Below are positions 62,601-64,000 of a stretch of DNA of 64,000 bases, one piece after another. Made by a program: the position numbers and the translations under genes. The DNA lies in sequence record MT811961.1. One strand, 5' to 3'. Below the pieces are notes generated by a model. The model had not been told where the DNA came from and made no database searches. It saw only the letters and a list, made by a program, of their open reading frames with translations. The stretch's first letter is position 1. Each line of letters starts with the position of its first letter.

Positions 62601-63857
62601 GCTACAAGCTTCAATAAACCTGTAGGTAGTTGGAGTACTGTGGAAGGTGGATACATGCAAGGTGTATTCCGTGGTGCAACCATGTTTAACCAGCCACTAA
62701 CAAACTGGACGTTCCCTAAAGCGTTCGATGTGAGCTTCTTCTTTGCTAATGCAACTGCATTTAACCAAGACGTGAACAACCTTGACTTCTCTACAGTTGG
62801 CACGGTTCGTTCAATGTTCAATGGTGCGACTGCCTTTAACAACGGCTCAGTAGCTGGTGCAAGTGATAATCCATTAACGATTAACTTCGCTAACTCTGCT
62901 GACCAAACACAGGTATTCCAAAGTGCAACTGCGTTCAACCAGCCATTACCTAACATCACGTTCGGTAAAGCAGGTACAGACATCACGTCAATGTTCCTTG
63001 GTGCTTCAGTCTTTAACCAAAGCTTGAGTCACTGGGATACTACAAACGTAGATGACATGGCAAGTGTCTTCAAAGAAGCAACACTATTTAACAACGGTTC
63101 TGCTCCGGGTGTAAGTGATAATCCACTGACTTGGAATACCACAGCTGTTACTAGTACGAAAGGTATGTTCTGTCATGCTGACTCGTTCAACCAAGAAGTT
63201 CCATTCGATGTTGGTAACGTAACAGACGGTAGTGAAATGTTCCGTGAAGCTGCACTGTTCAACCAGAACGTGGCATCACTTCAATTCACACAGGCAACAA
63301 CTCTGGCTCGCATCTTCGAAAATGCAGTGGCGTTTAACAACGGCTCGGCAGATGGTGTGACAGGTGCAATGCTAAACTGGGCAAGTACCAATGCCCTAGT
63401 AAACGCCGAATCTATGTTTGAAGGTGCTTCTATCTTCGACCAAGATGTTTCACTACAAACTGGCTCGATCACTAATGCTAAGGCAATGTTCAAGAACGCG
63501 CCTAAGTTTGATCGTGACATGATGTGGTTTAGCTTCGGCGAAGTATTGGACATGAGTGAGATGTTCCGTGGTGCAACAGCGTTTACTGGTAGCGGAATTG
63601 ATTTCTGGCAAACTGGTAAGGCAACAGACATGAGCTTCATGTTTGCTGATGCTGCTGCATTCAATGCGGTACCGGTTACTTGGTCATTTACTGAAGTAAC
63701 AAACATGACAGGTATGTTCTCAGGAGCAACTAGCATGAACCAAGACATCTCTGGTTGGTGTGTTCCGAAGATAACTGTAGCTCCAACAAGTTTCGACTTG
63801 AATGCGGGCTTTGCAGGTAACGCGGCACTACAACCACAATGGGGTGTTCCTTGTTAA
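44604..63857 (+). CDS. giant (6417 aa) modular DUF285/BspA-like repeat protein, probable tail fibre/adhesin
   Basis: Uninterrupted 19.25-kb ORF with GGAG RBS. Very many W(D/N)xxxVTxMxxMFxxAxxFNQxLxx repeats grouped into 11 blocks, each preceded by a (W/F)QD....PV...GD.V..I.D.SGNG...Y.ED.NG.GYLEF domain. Confidence 0.9.
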   Translation: MALPTIIRLFHHQGSQDSTNWIIWADRNAQDVPAKIPNFLPAYNFQKGSYVFHDDRIYRSKKLILAGEFNSEAWEEVVLQTGFVARHEPMRDYEEDSFVLDALGNLLGNKAPVSAGVFNPDQWEAVTSGRHIDTATVYLDVLGEERYETIEEGVFVLLGGVPEAFDPFENMGEVDAYFEKGYTGYRFQFNRDLVCFVDNEGSVPCNPGDRVGLVKSVVGDAVLRQYDADLKPVYLEDATGSGYISFSGDQHLILKTPENKAAVHEFLGVPGTGAFAYLDQDKDITEHRIGPRFPSENKTWNLSEVLFLTEDVVDSELDGIFDEINELAINSYPSDAITSLAYMFLNDTEFNQDLSHWQLFGKTNLSSMFSGATVFNKPIQPWDMQTVTHTTSMFDGASAFNQPLNNWDFANLKVAKAMFRNALVFNQHLFNWEMFGVSDVSQMFQGAIAFNGSLAGWDLGLTGDVSYMFDGASAFNQPVANFRLSRATKLTAMFRNAVEFDQPLTGWRTHDVTDMSYFVAGAIKFNQDLDHFETSNVTSLAGAFDGAAAFNCNVSTWDVSKVTNFNATFRNAVVFAQDISLWQTDSATNMVEMFSGAAAFSYDISAWCVRLIVDEPNGFDADTKTGWQDVDALQPQWAMPCLKYFAHSFYNANLIGTLFQDTEGKVPVTTPGDKVRLMLDLTTKGNHATAALATAPTYRQDINGNGYLEFNNDEFMSFQDGGDNYHTWETIPGIGVLHVTDTDTTIGPRVAGDQKRYVGQFVALADTYTPEMKLVASEYVGEAFALYDQGTVTSLDYYLEGLNTFNEDISGWQMDSVKSIVGLFKDTLAFNQDISSWVMSSLERMDFAFAGAKAFNQDIGGWDTSNVTSMEGVFEGASAFNYDLPWDTAKVTTFARAFKDAKAFNSQVPFDLTSAITIDEMFAGATVFNRPLVGPAPVLESAMATFKGASLFNSAVTDLIGPTVKTIESIFEDSNQFNSDLATWNTSGVESFKRAFARAVVFDSAIDHFDLSSALTIEEMFFGSVAFNQPIDSWTTTTVTNMAGVFDGAIAFNQPIQSWDVRFVETFYRTFSGAAAFNQPLNLWRTESAKTFKMMFQSALVFNQDLANWNTTTVTDFDRMFFNATAFNQDISPWCVKQIPVTGPTMFSFGSPLEQDFLPIWGARCLADLADLWYDAGDITKVFTDEAKTTNPTPGDRVAVLEDIGKLGLDAVQSDVAKRPIYRQDAAGLGYLEFPAGTELLVSGVSGTGVWVNNIPSVGGWGDYITVPSTTFKIDFNAQEKAGATRKMGQLIVYFGAPIATDILVLSKAAGRWAKLYAPGAVSDISCALEDRTEFDWDIDSWNMSRVTRADYLFAGCEIYNRPMDSWDTSALVSAVGMFKDAVDFDQALPWDLMSLVDASYMFHNATVFNGDIVSWNTPALQKMEGMFYNARQFNQPIGNWDVSKVTIFKEAFRSAVRFNQPLLGWNTDSAVDMSRLFQNTEVFNQPLTSWVTASVENFEGMFMSTPVFNQPLNHFDTSSATNMHFMFRDAEDFAQDLDTWNVESVSDFRGMFYGADSFNHNIATWQFNATDILMDEMFREASIFNYDISLWDTVNVTSMMRMFNNAYLFNHNLITWCVKNVTPDEAVDFGESSQLDTTEVPLFGQPCVGELLDGYYDPSIKQLLGINVDGSGVPAPGERVAFIGDISGKGNNGVQADVTKRPVYQEDTNGRGYLVFTDDEHFVVPTITDSSRNWVAIAGRGVPQWEGQPNGPAKLGIKSAGGSEKVWIWAGEAVATDTALTAVELGSIRDAMKLRADAYTTELQSSISYLLANEEYVTGGMTDFRLNSIASLRGLFKGAVRFNEDISGWDTTIVGDLTETFMGAAAFNQDLSGWTTDQVQFLDDAFHGASSFTSDLSGWVTSKVRSFNRAFKDCSNFESDLSGWTIRTDVPVSLMGTFTSAAKFVSDLSSWDTSSVVSMADLFYGALLFNSDLSSWDVRKVTNMTNMFRSAPLFNSDLGDWRVSAVLTMDYMFDGATAFDQDISRWCVQQIASKPIDFDKGAAFAGDGAKQPYWGGFCLTERSEFFHSGSDKDCMWQDTARTIPVTNPGDPVAFVMDLTGNQRHLQQSDNAKRPIYREDDNGVGYLEFGPNHDMIVDYNGRADHIIGVVGRGKMTTANIDFYGGKGIKRYFTPNAIGVHKLTDMAGIAPTLDAASKTSANNTMSQRAKVYAANAQTTMNDFFAGNLNFNNVDVQTWDMREVTSIQSMFSGCASMNLDLSTWNTAKLTNATYAFKDAGAFNKSIDAWNVQALTNTMGMFQGATAYDQPMSSWTTSALATTKWMFKDAVAFNQALSWDMSKVTDVSYMFEGAENFNQNISGWNVATVTTAEGMFKDASRFNNASSSMANMDWSACTNFTHMFQAALNFNAIVDNWTFYSGASAITMAGMFMDARAFNKNVNTWNTTRVTDMNSMFRGAYAFNNGLQALTEASGNFTVANATTLQRMFQDARAFNQNISDWSTGNVTDMSFMFFSNSSVSVFNQPIGSWNVGNVLTMESMFHGTSAFNQNLANWNMSKVTNVTNMFRNATAYDNGGVNELEKWDTSSFTAMRGMFEFATAFNKMLCRWDVSNVTDMTNVFNGADAMTAYLAGWDVQHIPSEPNLFGAVNVANPPQWGLAPDPCRSDCSRGLADAGSIATYLGFEKQWFYQDTAGTTPVTASGQKVMLLEDSSGNGNDITWADAASAPTYREDANGNGYLEFEEGQSIQYAGMSDGALIVFNLVNNGIVSITRDTATGEIFGNDRDDAFLVSAIAIAPSTADETALRTAMGTCGPTYADRNTTFQNLFAGEEHIGSVAGLSTTGVTNFEGTFLNAINFNEDINAWDMSSALTTKGMFSGATAFNQNVSSWVVSSIVTMEDMFRGAGAFNNGGTAGTNSVPLTWTTTALTDITGVFRDASAFNQDISLWNVSGVQSFAFAFAGATSFNQNVSGWTTAAATNMQATFQGATSFNQPLAGWDLTGVVTIQSILEGATSFDQPVNWDVSTVANFGKAFKGASAFNQDLSGWDTASAVDLREMFMSAIVFNSDLSTWDVSDVTFFQGMFCDAISFNGNISTWDTGSAVNMSYMFDGANVFNGDLSNWKTGLVTTMSNMFHNTSDFNKPIGRWDVSKVVDFDHMFSDALAFNQRISCWNTESATNMDDMFNNATSFSQNLIGWCVDKITTKPTDFDTGTGASFLNSTTLQPQWGTCTPGSIGGDNILASFSPTLKETLWQDSGKTVPVANVGDNIAVIEDTSGNGNDLIVTGGCKYMEDSNGLGYIRLEFAPPLPGQPMLPPPTLSIPTVTTSCDIAFVIPSVGDTIVERTNGTDIFGPAFRPMNFGPIVITASGSGSTVRGFDCTEYGPGLTTMLADYFANDTAFNQNLDHWDTSDVEYFYSLFRGATAFNNGGTSGATTSPLMWDMSSAIELDEMFRDATSFNQPVGSWDVSNVTSMESLFEGATSFNQSVNAWTVTVLENAASMFQDATSYNQAMDSWTTPALSDINYMFSGATAFNHPLDNWDVSNVTEMRNVFEGATAFNGTVNGWNTTNCTELVDVFKEASAFNRPLDNWDVSNVTTMEQLFTDAIAFNQPLNTWDVSNVKNFISTFEGALDFNQDLSSWTPVAAEVTEYMFYRASSFNNGGVGTMYWDVSNVFSAGGMFNAASAFNANLSGWKTTRLGNAVEMFKDAVAYNQPMGCWDVSSVTAMEEMFMGATLFDQSLQGWNVENIGSKPSDFDTDSGIENDANKLPIWGTSGTGGLTASSPLSFTRIADIEGLWQDFAKTTAATADGDPVAVAEDFSGNSNEVWFQNTTLRIDGNGNGYLEMTNGGNLRADSVRVAADLSFNVPGVGHTFVPMLASGSGVTYWNQPATMMITDIVITESGFGNTVTGHNCKTWIPGTTTSLDYLFAGQENFNGDLSHWDTTGVTSAQYMFFNAKAFNQPLNHFDMSAVENVTGMFNGAEVFNQDLNSWDVSKVTSASSMFREASAFNGDISNWSMPLVNFVDNMFYAATAFNSDVSNLNPVKATTFSQMFTGAIAFNNGSTAGDSDNPLTWTIPEATDMNRMFRAARSFNQDISTFETGKVTDMEFMFNGAIVFNRDIGNWDVSKVTLFESMFEEAIAFTNNGQPMNWDISSAVEMEEMFKDAESFNAPMPNWAFPAGANLKEMLENAKVFNQDVNTWTFAAGVTADDFMEDCTLFNNGSAPGASDNPLTWDTSLLEDMSGLLRGCASFNQPVPNLSFAGVEAVSSLFRGCALFNQPLDHLDTSMITNFAYMFTDAEVFNQDISMWDTSKADSMGSMFSGALAFNQPLANWDVSNVVDMYEMFSGAEAFNQPLGCWDVSSVDEYGMEYMFQGATLFDQNLSGWCVSNIAVLEEGFDEGAAFEGNASKHPQWGSCPTNGLTADGAVATAAFDDKTLLWQDAAKTVPVTSDGDTVLAIDSRHITSNTVSATITVNGTATYREDAVTGTGYLELDAGAELVFPGVTSTNIKYIYEIPTLGQVEVGSAGDITENIFWGKSQSVKIARIVATLSTGGLSPVGLGCGKYEDVGTITLAEHFDDWLINNTNVSNWTTGSVTSMSGLFRNDTLVVPDISGWDVSKVTDFSFMFENVSAMNADISGWNTEEGTNFEGMFKGATTFNVDIGSWNTSKATNLTSMFEDAAAFNYDISGWTMTGSVLTTNKMFKGAAAFNRDMTNFNVTNVTDMSEMFANTSAFNGALTGWDPQAVTTTEGMFENTSVFNQPIAWTNTTALTNTSRMFKSALAYNNTVNINTALVTNASEMFAGTWAFDTALGALVTFPAAKDLSNMFNGAAVFNKPVAGLLPNVGEDFTGMFRNAEAFNQPLTGWTMTEALKAGHMFSGAAAFNQPVNFWDMGKVTDISFIFANAAAFDQVIDTWDLASVTSMPGVFNGAAAYNQSLANMTIPTAVTDLSDFFNGATSFNQEVNHWTVTQVLTMQRMFSNAAAFNKSVANWDPSVCENMEEMFRGATVFNQSMPCWNVSAVTEMTAMFRDAVAFDQDIGSWCVGNNIANKPLNFAANSPIDNTAKEPKWGVACTAGGGLGADNMLALFDPRDMSTLFQDAARTIPVMAAGDVVRGITDLSGNDNHAEFTGNNARYGEDSNGTGCLFIGLSNPLRVPTITDAADTAFILPNIGDTFIPHLANAGGLQFYNRAFGNGQEFGPIVVTASGSGNTISGKQCIAYDGTKATSTSYLFYNEEQFNGDLSDWDMSGVTEIKNMFQRARNWNNGKAPGEASVLDWDVSGVTNMVSVFHDANAMNVDIGNWDVSNVTTFSNMLRGTTVFNNGDNANMNWTIKDGANLEFLFYDAAAFNRDISGWNIAGNARLASMLEGAIKFNNGEAAGLSGVPLTSWDLSQVTTIAKLFYEAESFNQDVSNWDVGNVVDMNGVFGYCKVFNQDVSGWDTKNATNMSSAFRTCWAFNQDLSGWDTSKNTNFSFMFLQAKVFNNGSTVGNDKPLSFDTSAGTNFLSMFNNANAFNQDISSFDLSNATATAFMFSHCHVFNQNINGIGQIGGDNINTMFGYCREFDNVGVPMELNLPTATNVKRMFAECYKLNQPIKMTAPVLDSYEDMLYRCSIYDADVSELLVPSATKLTGLFWIAMAFTGKGLDNWDVSNITDFTRIFRNTSINKALNCWDFSSATNMSNMFGGANSMDADISGWCVPNITTEPTAFATGAPIATQPAKLPDWANMAGCTKAPTTTIDTTGMLAAFDMQDTSRMWQDEAKTVPVTAAGQTVRVIEDMSGNGNDAVLGNGAKYQEDANGVGALEMATAVSFKVAGVTTACEVIVEYPTIGKAHFARLANAGGQELWNKFINNLYKPKWGAVVIRPDGSGDDSIPAGACAARADYTDMTFSTSAEYALSGEDYILSDMTDWTTAHLKSIAGIFRDTANFNQDISTWDLSAVENADRVFTDAKAFNQDLEGWVGFKPTRAAGIFERATAFNGAIDGWDMSRCTNFYNMFSGATSFNKPVGSWSTVEGGYMQGVFRGATMFNQPLTNWTFPKAFDVSFFFANATAFNQDVNNLDFSTVGTVRSMFNGATAFNNGSVAGASDNPLTINFANSADQTQVFQSATAFNQPLPNITFGKAGTDITSMFLGASVFNQSLSHWDTTNVDDMASVFKEATLFNNGSAPGVSDNPLTWNTTAVTSTKGMFCHADSFNQEVPFDVGNVTDGSEMFREAALFNQNVASLQFTQATTLARIFENAVAFNNGSADGVTGAMLNWASTNALVNAESMFEGASIFDQDVSLQTGSITNAKAMFKNAPKFDRDMMWFSFGEVLDMSEMFRGATAFTGSGIDFWQTGKATDMSFMFADAAAFNAVPVTWSFTEVTNMTGMFSGATSMNQDISGWCVPKITVAPTSFDLNAGFAGNAALQPQWGVPC

Positions 63858-63870
63858 CTTAATAACCTTT

Positions 63871-63906
63871 AATGAGGCTGCCTTCGGGCAGTCTCATTCT
63901 TTTTTA
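63871..63906 (+). terminator. intrinsic terminator after giant ORF
   Basis: AATGAGGCTGCC-TTCG-GGCAGTCTCATT followed by T-run. Confidence 0.9.
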
Positions 63907-63909
63907 TTC

Positions 63910-63946
63910 TCTATATTACCAACTTGGATTATGACATCTTAATCTA
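63910..63946 (+). promoter_or_regulatory. early-type promoter TCTATATTAC plus leader hairpin TGGATTA-N8-TAATCTA
   Basis: Recurrent motif. GAGAGGA RBS near the window end points to a gene starting just past 64000. Confidence 0.75.
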
Positions 63947-64000
63947 TTTTAATAGTGGTGCCGAGGGCATCTTCTTTAACTTCCTGAGAGGAAAACAAAT

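Noticed and set aside
45302-63748. Dozens of 60-214 aa ORFs antisense to or out of frame with the giant gene
   Set aside because: Shadow ORFs produced by repetitive, biased codon usage. No RBS or promoter, and no protein-like motifs.
44604-63857. CRISPR array or diversity-generating retroelement in the repeat-rich region
   Set aside because: The repeats are degenerate and codon-phased within one ORF. I saw no identical direct repeats with spacers, no reverse transcriptase, and no TR/VR pair differing only at adenines (by eye only; a self dot-plot would confirm).
1-64000. Genome-wide stop-codon reassignment (TGA read as sense)
   Set aside because: Only one gene shows an internal TGA. All other long genes are intact under the standard code, and TGA appears to end 38149..38760.

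Overview
This 64 kb window comes from a phiKZ-like jumbo phage (Chimalliviridae-type). The Leu-CTA-rich codon bias of the capsid gene suggests a Vibrionaceae host, but this is inference. 1-22 kb is the conserved core block: virion/baseplate genes, reverse-strand DnaB-like helicase, major capsid protein, non-virion RNA polymerase beta subunit, RuvC-like resolvase and probable portal with a long acidic tail. A free-standing zinc-finger/GIY-YIG-like endonuclease gene is inserted in this block and is interrupted by one in-frame TGA. 22-37 kb is an accessory region driven by TCTATAT(A/T)AC early-type promoters. It is enriched in envelope-targeted proteins: a membrane-anchored SleB-like hydrolase, a 4-TM protein, a tandem 'MKTK(L/I)' paralog family, a pair of signal-peptide proteins, a GH19 lysin and a tandem HU-like protein. 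37-43 kb carries a nucleotidase, a DprA/SLOG-like gene and an SF2 helicase. 43-64 kb holds a probable beta-propeller tail protein and a 6417-aa ORF built from 11 [spacer domain + DUF285/BspA-like repeat solenoid + cap] modules with co-varying cysteines. Family names come from recognising motifs by eye; no database searches were run.
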